Shown here piece by piece: positions 51,236-62,827 of a DNA stretch of 64,000 nt. Made by a program: the position numbers and the translations under genes. The DNA comes from Camelus ferus (Eukaryota). Positions within the stretch are counted from its first letter, which is position 1, and each line of letters starts with the position of its first letter. The DNA lies in NCBI RefSeq assembly GCF_009834535.1, contig NC_045697.1:36768001-36832000 (forward strand), read 5' to 3'. Below the pieces are notes generated by a model, which was not told the DNA's origin, searched no databases, and saw only the letters and a program-made list of their open reading frames with translations.

Positions 51236-51679
51236 AGCTCTATAAATATTAGCCTACTCATCAAGATAAGATTAAATTACACTTATCATGTACTATTTTT
51301 TAAAAACAGAAAAGTATAGTATTACTTCAGGAAGATTTCTAGCAAAATGGTTAAAAAAAAAAAAAAAGGTGGGGAGCTGTGAACCTTTGGCACATAGAGA
51401 TGAGTTTCAGGTAGCTGGAAAAGTCATTACGTAGAATATAATGACCCTGACCCTACCAGTTAAATAATAATAATTTTTGTGCACCTAAGAAGCCCTGAGA
51501 GTCTTGGGATTAAGATTGCTGGGGCATCAAGGGAGGAGGTGCAGATACTGACAGCTGGAAGTCACCTGGGATACCCAGAGTCAGACAAGTCCCAGGGATA
51601 GCGTCAGGCAAGCTCAGCTTGGTTTTAATCGCTCGTCAATTTATCCGTTTGGTGTTCTTAATTCACTACTATGATTCCT

Positions 51680-52150
51680 TGATCCATGGCTAAATTCCCA
51701 CTGAGAGGGAAAGGATCTGGTCCTGATTTGCTCATCAGAATTTAACAGAGTGACTGGTGTACAGTAAGAGCTTGGTAACTACTTCTGAAATGAATGAATG
51801 AGTGAGTGAATGAATGAATGAAGACAGCAGACGTATAGTTTATTCCATTTTAACTGAATGGCCCTGTGTTAAAGCTAACTATTAGCACCCTTGCAAGCAC
51901 CAGAGAGCAGAAACCTGGTCTGTTCTTGACACTGATTTAACCACGATACCTAGAAAGTACCTAGCACACAGCATGCCTTTGATAAATATTTGCTGAACTG
52001 ATAGCTCAGAGTGGCCACCTCCATCACACTGTAAATTTTGTGAGGGCAAAGACAAACTTTGTAATCCCTCCAATGATGAGCACGGAGCCCTGCACAGAGT
52101 AGAGGCTCAATAAATATGTGAGAAGGAGTAAGTGAGTAAAAGATGAATAG
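51680..52150. mobile_element. Cluster of L2 3'-end fragments in both orientations, with (GAAT)n tails
   Basis: 'tgaatgaatgagtgagtgaatgaatgaatg'; 'ctgtaaattttgtgagggcaaagac...ggctcaataaatat'. Confidence 0.65.
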
Positions 52151-53207
52151 TTGAATCTTGTCCACACTTAGTGGACTGACTGAAGACCACAAACATTCCA
52201 AGGAGAAGCAGCTCAGAGAAGGCGGAAGTGGTAAGGACCATTGAGGGGTGTCCTCGGCAGCAGTGTGGATGGAAAGCCAGGCTGCTGGGGGTCTGGCCTG
52301 CAGGCAGCGGAGTGGATCCCTGAGAGGCTCCTTCCTGTCTGCAGCCCCTTGAGTTGTATGCATTCTAACTTTGCCAGGAAAGTGCCACCCACGATCCCCC
52401 ACTGTCCCCCCTGAGAGTGTCCAAGGTCAGTGTTTCCTATCTGGTGTCCAAGCTGACTGATCCTATGACCAAAGGGCCCCCCAAGGAGGGCTCTATGGAG
52501 TCCAGCAGGCAGTGGGGGTCACCTTGACTTAGTCTGTGAGAGGAAGTGGTCCAGAAGAAGAAAGACCATCATCCAGAGACAGAGAGAGATACATTAACAT
52601 CCGCATGCTTTCTGGAACTTTGGACCTGAAAGTAGAGGTTTCATTTAAGAACAAACCAAATTTCTAAAAAATAAAACAAAATAAACCAGAGGAATCCAAG
52701 CTAACCTTTCTGCTAATAAGCTTGTAATTTATGGGAGTATTATGCTCTGAAATGGGGCCGCGTCTGAGAGAATGACAGCGCTGTCTTGCTGGGATGCCCT
52801 GTGATTTATTTTGGATGCGGTACTGCCAGTCACTCCATCTCCAGTCTCGTTAGAGCAAATGCTGCTGGAACAAGAAATTTCTGACTACAGACAGAGCCAC
52901 AGACAAAGGCTCACTCATTTGAGTTACACTTTCAACAACTAAATTCCAGTACGGCGAAAGCATTCTTTACCTAGTTTATAGTACTGAGTTTGAACTCATC
53001 CAAGCTCTTAGGTTCGGAGCTTCCAACGAAAAGAGAAGGCAGCCCACAGCAATTCTCCACCCACAGTGGGAGAACTCTGGCAGACTAAGGAAAACTCCAT
53101 TTTGATTCAGGCTGGATCAGAGTTGGTTACTAAGCCATCCAAAGAGAGCAGCGGTTCCTGTACCATCAGGTCATTGAAAAGAAAAAAAAAAAAAAAAAAG
53201 CCTTACC

Positions 53208-54486
53208 TCCTTGCTATCTAAGCTGTGGGTCTTAAACCAGCAACACCAGCAGCACCTGAGAATTTCTAGAAATGAGAATCTTTGTGACCTTGGATTAGGC
53301 AATGGTTTCTTAGCTACAGCACCAACAGCAAGAGCTATAAAAGGCAAAGTGAGTAAAGGAGACATCATAAAGTTTGTGCTTCAAAAGACAGTATCCAGAA
53401 AGGAGAAGATAGCCTCCAGAATGAGAGAAAGTATTTGCAAATCATATATCTGATAAGGATCTAGTATCCAGAATATGTGAAGAATACTTAAATCAAGAGA
53501 CAACCGATTTTTTAAATGTGCAAAGGATTTAAATAGACACTTCTCTGAAGAAGATCTATAAATGACCAAAGAAGCGCATAAAAAGATGCTCAACAGCATT
53601 AGTCATTAGGGACATGCACATTGAAACCACAGTGAAATGCCATTTCACACCCACTGGGATAGCTATAATTTAAAAAAATCAGACAATAGCAAGAGTTAAC
53701 AAGGATGTGGAGAAAGTGCAACTCTCACACATTGCTGGTGGGAATGTAAAATGGTACGGCCACTTTCTAAACTAATTTGGGAGTTCCTCGGAAAGGCAAG
53801 CATAGAGTTACCACATGGCCCAGCAATTCCACTCCTAGGTGTATACCCACCAGAATTCAAACATATGTCCATGCAAAACCTTGTACACAAAGGATCGTAT
53901 CAGCATTATTCAAAATAGCCAAAAAGTGGAAACAACCCATGTGTTCAATTGATGGATGGATATACAAAATGTGGAATATGCATACCACAGACTCAGCCAA
54001 TGGAATGGAATGGAACTCAGCCATTCCATTCAATGGAATGAAGTACTGATACTTGATACAATATGTATGAACCTTGAAAACATCATGCTGAGTGAAAGAA
54101 GCCTGGGATAAAAGGCAGCTGTGTTGGACGATTCGATTTATATGAAATGTCCGGAACAGGCAAATCCACAGAGACAGAAAGCAGTTTAGAGTTAGAGATT
54201 GGAAGAAGGGGAATCGGGGAGTGACTGCCACTGGGTACCAATCTTCCTTTTGGGGTGATGAAGATGTTCCCGAATTAGATGGCCATGATGGTTGCATCTC
54301 ATGAATATACTAAAAATCACTGAATTCTACAGTTTATATAGTGAACTTTATGTAGGTGAATTATACCACAATAAAAGTTAAGTAAAAAGGAAAAAGACCG
54401 AGGCTCCAACCCAGACTGTGTTAATATCTGTATTTGAGAAAGATCCTCATATAAAATGAACGCACAAGAATGTCTGAGAAGCACGA
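53208..54486 (+). mobile_element. MER5A1-like element split by an L1MB insertion
   Basis: Left half 'ccttgctatctaagctgtgg...cagcacctgagaatttctagaaatg'; right half 'aggctccaacccagact...tctgagaagcacg'. Confidence 0.65.
53275..54396 (+). mobile_element. L1MB-like 5'-truncated element
   Basis: 'ggattaggcaatggtttcttag...cagcaattccactcctaggtgtataccc...ttttggggtgatgaagatgttc...caataaaa'. Confidence 0.88.
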
Positions 54487-54689
54487 ATCTAGCTCAGTGG
54501 TTCTCAGACTTGGCAGAAATGTGGAATCACCTGGGAAGCTTTCAAAACTGCTGCTTGACCTGATGAGTTGTCTTTCTGTGTCTTACAAGCCCTTGAGATG
54601 TGTGGGATGGACCTCTTATTCCTTGATGGTTAGCACTATTTGCAAGGCACCTCTTGATTCTCAGAAACACTTACTGCTTCCTTTAAAAG

Positions 54690-54930
54690 CTAGGATTCTG
54701 GGCCAGGTTACCTCATTCAAATTGTAGCTGTGCCATTGATGAGTGGTGAGACCTTGAACAAATGACTTATCCTTACACACCTCAGCTTTCTCAATTGTAA
54801 AATAGGGATTAATAATAGTACCTACTTCATAGGGCTGCTGAAAGGAATAAATTACTTCATACATATAAAGCACTTAGAATAATACCTAGCATACTGTAAG
54901 CATGATGTATGTGTATTAGGTATTATTATG
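54690..54930 (+). mobile_element. MIR SINE
   Basis: 'tgtaaaatagggattaataatagtacctacttcatagggctgctg...aaagcacttagaataatacctagc'. Confidence 0.88.
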
Positions 54931-55009
54931 TAAGCAAATATTCTTTCCTAATATTTATTATATAGTATGTTATTATACACTGTATATTATATATGTTATA
55001 TATACAATG

Positions 55010-55625
55010 GTAGCAACTACAGAACCCTGACCATTTACCAGGCATCAAGCTGGTGTTTTACATCATTTTGTATAATTATCCCAATGATTCTAAAAGATGG
55101 GAATTCATTTAGCTAATAGTTATTAAGCATTGTCAACTATGTAGCTGACCCAGATGAGAAACTAAAGCCCAGGTGTCTTAGTTCGGGCTGCTATAACAGA
55201 ATACCACAGCATAGTGGCATTATAAGTAACAGAAATTTATTTCTAACAGTTCTGGAGGCTGGGAAGTCCAAGATCAAGACACCGGTGTGTCTGGTGTCTC
55301 ATGAAGTCCCACTTCCTACTTCACAGACATAAACGGAGGTCTTGCTGTGGCCTCACATGGTGGGAGGGGTGAGGGAGCTCCATGGAGTCTCTGTTATAAG
55401 GGCACAAATCCCATTGTGAGGGCTCCACCCTCACGACCTAATATGTTCCCAAGGGCCCCACCTCTTAATACCACCATATGCAGGGCTAAGATTTCAACTA
55501 GGGATTATGAGGGGACATGAACATTCCATCCACAGCACCAGGGAAGTTAAGAGACCTGCCCACAGTCACAGAGTGCATGATCAGCGAAGCCCAGTGTGAC
55601 CTCAGAATTCTGACTCTTGCTTATC
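55010..55625 (-). mobile_element. MIR split by an MLT1A insertion
   Basis: 'cagatgagaaactaaagcccagg' continues after the LTR as 'ccagggaagttaagagacctgcccacagtcacagag'. Confidence 0.7.
55174..55537 (-). mobile_element. MaLR solo LTR, MLT1A0-like, with perfect 5-bp TSD
   Basis: TG...CA ends; TSD ccagg at 55169-55173 and 55538-55542; 'cagttctggaggctgggaagtccaagatcaag'. Confidence 0.92.
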
Positions 55626-56458
55626 ACGTTCTGTGGCCTCCCTTCAAAAGGACACAACCTTGCAGGAGGAATGCAAAATTAAGTGGCCAAGTGGGTGCAG
55701 GCATGTGCGGGAAGGAGGCAGGGGGTGCCTGGCAAGGACATTCGGGGTGAGCCTGTGCATGGGAAGGGTGAGCAGAGAGTCTGCTGGGATCACCCTCAAG
55801 CTTTCTGTACACATCACCCCTCTGGGGACACAAAGGTGGGCCTTCAGCCCTCTCCATGAGCCTGGCAGACACCGGCGTCTTGGAAGCCCCCCACCCCCAC
55901 CATGAACAGGACAGCAGCCGCTTCCACAGTTAGTGCTGGCCTCGGCCCACAGGACATGCAAAGCTTATCACCCAGTCTGCTCACCCCTCATCCTTCCAAG
56001 CAAAGCCACAAATCCTCACATAAGCTCCAACCTCCCCCCGGATGGTCTGCCTCTTCTCTTAAGGACTTTATGCTTTAAAGCTGCTGAATGCAGAAGAAAA
56101 GAGAAATTGAAACAAAACTCCAAAGGACTGCACAAGTTGCCCCAATTCACCATTGTCCCGTGTCCCCATGGAACCCACCACCCCCCCAACTCCAAATCCC
56201 CTCAAAGCGCTGGCAGTTCTCTCTGCCCATATCCAAAAGCCTGAAAAACAAAGCCCCTCCTGGGCTCAAACTCTTGCCATTATTCAAACACAAGCGATGT
56301 GTAAACAAGTTCTGTCCATCTATATTCGGATTTCAAAGTGGGCTTCGCCCCATCCAGATGTTTCTGCTTATGCGACTGTCTTGGTTTGGAGAAACACTGC
56401 AGAGGACCCAGCCTCTGGGGCACTTTGCTGTAACTCACCACTCGGCTGGTCTCTTTCC

Positions 56459-56483
56459 AAAAAAAAAAAAAAAAAAAAAAAAA
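56459..56483. repeat. Poly(A)25
   Basis: Seen directly. Confidence 0.9.
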
Positions 56484-56712
56484 GACTGTTTTTGATGTAA
56501 AACACTAGTTCAGTTCAGAACTGTGGCTTTTCTCCTTGCTAAACCTTTTCCTCAGTTACCCTACCCAGCCAGAAGGCTCTCTCCTAATGGAATTGCTGGA
56601 ACCACTTACCCTCCATTAAGATGCTAACCTGTTTCAGAGGGGAGGGAAGAGAGAGAGATAACCGAGGGAGTAAATGGACTCAGAAAGAGTGAAAGATGGT
56701 AAAGGCATTACC

Positions 56713-56713
56713 G

Positions 56714-56756
<43 letters not shown>
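56713..56756. repeat. (GT)n microsatellite
   Basis: Seen directly, with one GC interruption. Confidence 0.95.
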
Positions 56757-56758
<2 letters not shown>

Positions 56759-57179
56759 TGTGGGGGGAGTAGTGGTAGGCAGAGAGGAGGTGGGGAGATT
56801 AGAATCACATTTCTGCAGTGTTTCACACAAGGCACCACCAATCTAGCTGCTTAATTAAATCAGCATCACATTTGATTTAGTCTTGACTTTAATAAGAGTT
56901 TTGTGCAGACAGCAGGATTGGAAGTCAATGTGATGTGGGTCTATGTGTGGATGCCTTTTTTAAGTTTGCTAGGATTAGATCAACTGTGGGCTTTTATAAA
57001 AGTAAAAGTTTTCAAGTAAACACTAATCAATTCACCACCTTAAGGTAGTGACTCTTTTGATGTTCCTGTGTCCTTTTCACACTGTAAAACATATCACCTG
57101 GGTGTGCTTGTCTGCTCTGATCCCAGAACACTGGCAGGCTGGGTTGGCCGCGGGGGAGCAGGAGCAGGGTGGAGGAGCC

Positions 57180-57370
57180 AGCTGGTGGAAAACTTATCTC
57201 ATTGACTCAGAATACCTGGGTTCACAGCCTGGCTTTATCGCTCACCAGCCTTTATCTTTGGGACAAATCACACAACTTCTATGAGTACACACTTTCTGTT
57301 CTCTAAAGGGAGCACAAAACACCTAATTTGCAGGGGGGATTAGTGGTAATACATAAAAAGTATGCTTCTT
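57180..57370 (+). mobile_element. MIR SINE (degenerate)
   Basis: 'actcagaatacctgggttcacagcctggctt...tttgggacaaatcacacaacttct'. Confidence 0.6.
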
Positions 57371-57646
57371 TGTATAATCTATCATTTTCCCTGGTTAGTT
57401 AGGCATATGGACAATTTGCTTTCTCTTCGTGTTTCACCTTCATGCACAGTGTTTCCACCAATGTTTGTACTGTTCAGTAGCATTCTTGTGTCACAGATTG
57501 AAAGGCTAAAATAAGTTTTGTTTCTAAAAGTAATAGAAGATACATCCATTGCCCTGACAGGGAGCCACTGCATACAAGAATAATGGCAACGATGGTGACA
57601 ATGACATTTCTTACGCAGTGAACTAAGCACACTTTATGCCTTATGG

Positions 57647-57880
57647 CAGAATTTTGCAACCTCAGCACTACTGACATTTAGGGACAAGACCCTCCTTTGA
57701 GGTGGGGCAGTCCTTTGCCTCGTAGGATGTGTAGCAGCATCCATGGTCCCTCCCCACCTGTTACCAGTGGTGACCCCTCCACCCTACTCCAGCCTACTTG
57801 TGTTGTGACCCCAAAAATGTCTCCAGACATGGCCAAGTATCTGCTGGGGGGCAAAATCATGTCCCAGTTAAGAACCACTG
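57647..57880 (-). mobile_element. MER20 (hAT-Charlie)
   Basis: 'aaaaatgtctccagacatggccaa...ggggggcaaaatc...cagttaagaaccactg' is the reverse of the MER20 5' end. Confidence 0.85.
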
Positions 57881-59185
57881 TCTTTAAAGCATTTAATATT
57901 CACGACAAATGGGTGAGGTTGGAATGATGGGTCTTCCCTTCTTAGCAGTGAAAAGGCTGAGCATCCGAGCAGTTAAGTGAGGGAACTAGACCCACCTGGA
58001 CCCACTCTGCCTACAAAGCTGGAGAAGAGTTGCTTGGACCATCTCCTGTCTCATTTGTGGAGTTGAGGGGGAGGGGAGGGAGGGACAAGGAGCCGAGTAA
58101 GATGTGCTTTCAGGAGAGGGGACAGCTGCTTTCCAGGTCACTGCCTTTCCATGCCCACTGTGGAGGCAGACTCCTCCTGCCCACCCTGAGGCGGCCAGTG
58201 AAGTAGGGAGGGACGAAGGCGGAGGGGCGTCCTGGGAGCCTTGACAAGGGAGCTCTTCAAGGGGAGAGTTGGCACCTGTGTGGGCTGCTGCCCACCACCT
58301 GGTTTCTGGAAGCTTAGCTCAGAGGGCTGGCCAGCGAGGAAGCCCTGGGAGACCCTGCCAGTTGGTCAAGAGTTTCTAACTGTTTGTATTAACATATTAC
58401 GAAGACCATGTATATGCTATCATTTTTTTAGATAAAACACTTGCATGTGAAGGCCATGTTCATCCCCATTAAAAGCATTTCTAATTCCATTTATGGCAGA
58501 AAATAGAGCAGCACCTTATAATGAATGTTCTGCAAAAGAAGATCATGGCTCCAGGGCCCTCCTCCTTTGGAACAAGCTGGTGACCTGGGACAGTGACTCA
58601 GTGGGAGCCAGACATCTGCCTGAGGGAAGAGGCTCAGGCCAACTGGTCTCTGCCTCTCACATGAAAAGGGGCACAGCACCCGCCAGTAGCTCTCCAGAAC
58701 CAGAAATCAGGATGTGAAGGCCTCACAGGAACCCATGTTGGTGAGAGAGCCGCCGGTATGGAGGATTCAAAGCCAGGGCAGCCCTGGAAAATTCCAAATG
58801 GGAGACAGCCAAGGCCCACTTTCCATAAATGAAAGGGGAGAGCTGTTCCCTCGAGCCAATTACAAGATACACGATAGTGGTACAAACGTTCGTTTCTACC
58901 TTATTAAATTGTGAGGTAACTTCCTTTCTGATTGCGAGGTTAAACTTGGAAGTGCAGTGACTTTATGAGATTTGTGATACAAACTGTCCCTTGTAATAAA
59001 TGGTGGCATCAAATGAGCTTGGGTAAAATGTCTCGAGGAAAACCGTTGACCCTGGATCTACTGCAAGATTGCTGCCCAGAACACAGATTCCATCTGTCTG
59101 CAGTAACACTGTCACCATTACAATTAGTACCTTCAAGAGGTCTTGAACGACTCCCTGGGAAAAGCAGTTAACTGCCTTCAGGTAT

Positions 59186-59333
59186 TTCCTTCCTTCCTTC
59201 CTTCCTTCCTTCCTTCCTTCCTTCCTTCCTTCCTTCCTTCCTTCCTTCCTTCCTTCCTTCCTTCCTTTCTTTCCTTCTTTCTTTCTTCCTCTCTCTCTCC
59301 CCCTTCCTTCTTTCCTTCCTTCCTTTTTTTTTT
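59186..59333. repeat. (TTCC)20 plus degenerate polypyrimidine extension
   Basis: Perfect TTCC array at 59186-59265; pyrimidine-only sequence continues to 59333. Confidence 0.95.
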
Positions 59334-60697
59334 GCATGAAAATTTTTACTCTGAAAATTTCTGTTCTCACTGAAACAGAAAAGCCGTCGGTCTTTCTGGG
59401 GAAAGAAAGGCAATATTCAAAATGAAATTCTTTTCTCTGCTGCTATCACTTCACCATTTCCGTGTCCAGTTGGAGGATCCTGAAGGAGACAACCCTGGGG
59501 AGCCTGTTCCCCAGCATTTCCTGCCCCATCTCCAACTCTCTCTCCATAATCACCCCCTCCCACCGAAGAACAGCCCTCCTCCGCCCTCCCCGGTTCCGTT
59601 TCCACCGCTGTCAGAGTGCTCTTATAGTTTACGAGGTGCTTTGGCAAAGAGGGTTTCCCTCAAGTCAGGAGACCTAAGCCACTTCCTTTGATTGAGGCTG
59701 CCAGCAATGTCCAAATGAAGGGAAAAAAGACCAAAAGAAAGTTACAAAAAGTATGGAACAGTGGAAACATCCATACTGAGCAAATTACTACTTCTGACAT
59801 GCATTCACAAATGCCATGTCACACAACTGCCTCTCACTGAGAATATATATGTATAACCTTTAAAAATACAAACTTGGGACAATTCATAAATGTGAGGCCA
59901 AAGGGTCTCCTTGGCTCCTCACCCACCCTCCCCCTTGATTCCTCTACCTGCCCAGCTCAACTCACATCCATAGGACAGTTGCTCTCAAAGGAGCCTGTGT
60001 GCAGAGGAGGAAGGTATGTTTGTGTCTTGCCCCTAGCTAGAGAAGGACACTAAAGCCTGGATGGTTGGGTGAATTTCCTAAGATGGCAAAGCAGAAGGGT
60101 GAGCAAGGAATGGAACCTAAGTGTTTGTACTCCAAAATCAGATTTCTCTCCACTATGAGGCCTTCCACTGTCTTCCAAAATGCTTTCCCCAAATAATGAG
60201 AATTCACTATGGTTCTCATCTTTAGAAAGATGCGGAGAGCACCCAGTGGCCCGTAATTAAAGAATAAACATGTGTCAGCTGCACGGCACTGGAGAAAATT
60301 CATATGGAGGTGGAGGAGGTGGACAGACTTAGTCTCAGCTGTCGGACTGCAGCTCCCCCAAGACCAGCAACTTGTTCTGTTCTGTACTTCATAAACTTGT
60401 TCTGTGGTGCCTCCCAGGCCAGCCGAGCTCAGTAAGAGTTCATTCATCCAGCCAGCGTTTATAGTGGACCACGTGCTGGGTGCTGGGCAGCAGGCTGGGA
60501 CTAAGATGACTCAGGAATTCTCTCCAACCTCGAGGCACCCGAGGCTCGTGGAAAAGACAAGGAAGAGACAGCAGGTACCAGCAGGATACATTGGGACATC
60601 AGGCAATAATTTAAAACTAAGTCCAACAATAGGAACCCTCTGAATAAAAGAATCATCCATAAGATGGATTTCTATGCAAACATTTGTAGAATTGTAG

Positions 60698-61035
60698 GGT
60701 TTTTTTAAATTGAGATATAACTGACATTTAATAGATCATTTTCAAACAAGCAAACAAGCAAAAGTGTACAGCATAATAATTCAGTATTTGCTTATATTGC
60801 AAAATGATCACCACAATAAGTCTTGTTAACATCCATCCCCATACACAGTTACACTTCTTTTTCCTTATGGTGAGAACTTTTAAGACCTAGTCTCTTAGCA
60901 ACTTTCCAATACACAACCCAGTTTATTAGCTATAGTCACCCTGCTGGATATTACAACCCCAGGACTCATTTATTTTATAACTTTAAGTTTGTATCTTTTA
61001 GCCTCCTTCACCCATTTTGTCCACCTACCTCCTCC
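60698..61035 (-). mobile_element. L1MA9-like 3' UTR fragment
   Basis: polyT followed by 'aaattgagatataactgaca...tgagaacttttaagac...tctcttagcaactttc'. Confidence 0.8.
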
Positions 61036-62399
61036 AAACAATGGTGATTTTTTATTAAAAAGACGAGCCCAAGTATTTTTGAGTGAATAACACTGTTTCA
61101 AATGGTGTTTAGAATATGTTCTCTATGTAGATCTAAAATATAGATAATCTAAGTACAGAAGGAAATGCACTAAAATATTAGCAGCAGCTGCCTCTGAACG
61201 GTGGGATTATGCATAGTTGTCATGGGTTTCTAATCTGAGTGTATCTGTGCTTTCAAATGTAATTTAAAAAAAAAAACATGTTTTACTCTCATAATAAGTA
61301 AAAATGCAGTAAAGATCATTTTGGCTATATCTACAGAGAATGTCACAAATCACGAAGGAATGCTTATTGTAATGTCCAGCTGAAAGAATCAGTAAGGGAA
61401 TTATGTAAACAGTATGTGCTCTACTTCATATTTTTAAATAATAATAAAAAAGGAAAAAATTCAAACCTTGAAGGGCTGGAAGGCAATATGCTAAAATGTG
61501 ACAGATGTTGTCTTTGGAGAGCACTTCTTACCTCTATTTTTCATGCATTTTTTCAGATTTCTACAACAAGCATGAATTACTTACATGGTGTTAGAAATTA
61601 AACAGTAAGTGATGAAACAGAAACAACCTGAACTAGGGGAGTGAGGAAGAGCTTGGGGGAGGTTTGTGTTTCTGGGAAGTAGAAGAGGCCACTGGTGGTG
61701 GGGGGGGGGGTATATTTTGGCCTCTGACTCCCACAAAAAGTGGGTTTTTTCCACCCAAAAGAGATTGAAATGCCCTCCCCATGACCAGAGCACACCAAAA
61801 AATGCTGTTTTAAAATTATCTTGGCAAAGGTGACTGGCCTAAGAATGCAAAGATACAGAGTGAGTCAGCTGGGGCAGAGAGACAGCTGTGGCAACACGGC
61901 CATTTCCACTCAACGGCTAAGGGGGGAAAGGCAGCCTGCCACACAGCGTGGTGAGGAACCGTGCCTTCCAAAGAAAACACTGCTTCAAACCTAACGCCTG
62001 AAGGATGTGTGCTCAAGAAATGTAGGTTAAAGTCGAAGAACTGTCTGCAAAGAGTATTTAAAACCTGATCTTAGATGAAGGCATCCTAATGCCACGATAT
62101 GGTCCAAGACAAAATGGGACCGACATGTGTGTCGCCAAAACCGACTAAAACAAAAGCCAGATTGATCCAGGCTGGCCCAGAACTAGTTTTTTGGAGGGTC
62201 AATTTTTCCCCAGTGAGGGGCAAATGAGGATGGTGCATACCATAAACTTGAAGAATTTTCAGCACATAAAGTTCTTGAATTAAAGAACCCCCTCAAACAT
62301 AGTGACAGCTGCTGTGCTGAAGTGCACTTTACCTGACAATCCTTGTCTAAATTCTTATGTCAAAGTGAGCAACACCAGATCGAAAGAACTATCAATTAT

Positions 62400-62790
62400 T
62401 TTTACTTTACACACATTTTCTTATTTTATTCCCAAAACAATTGAATGAGGTAGGAAAAATTATAAATCCTATTTTATAGACAAGCTAAAGCTTTAAAAGA
62501 TCAAATAATTTGGGGGGAGGGTATAACTCAGTGGTAGAGCTTATGTTTATCCTGCACAACGTCCCAGGTTCAATCCCCAGTACCTCCATTATAAACAAAC
62601 AAACAAACAAGCAAACAAGCAAATCTAATTACCTCTCCCCCTACACAAAATATATATATATATATGTATTATCATATTAAAAAAGAAAGATCAAGTAATT
62701 TGCCCAAGTTTACTCAGTTAATAAGTAAGAAAACTGAACTTGAATCCAAAGCTCTGTGACCCCAATGCCCACATTTTAACCACACAAGGT
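62400..62790 (-). mobile_element. MIR split by a SINE insertion
   Basis: 'tgaggtagg...cctattttataga...' resumes as 'taatttgcccaagtttactcagttaataagt'. Confidence 0.7.
62513..62685 (+). mobile_element. vic-1-type SINE (long-tail form) with 17-bp TSD
   Basis: 'gggagggtataactcagtggtagagc...ggttcaatccccagtacctcca'; TSD aaagatcaaataatttg (62496-62512) / aaagatcaagtaatttg (62686-62702). Confidence 0.9.
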
Positions 62791-62827
62791 TTGCTATAAA
62801 GAATTTTTAAAAATCTGTAGCTCTCTA

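Noticed and set aside
56459..56483. Poly(A) tail of a processed pseudogene
   Set aside because: No upstream AATAAA, no TSD and no recognisable cDNA body.
58963..59413. ORFs with RKEG or PSFL repeats
   Set aside because: They are translations of the (TTCC)n microsatellite.
59417..59691. Overlapping Pro-rich and Gly-rich ORFs as a coding exon
   Set aside because: No recognisable domain; explained by local C-rich composition.
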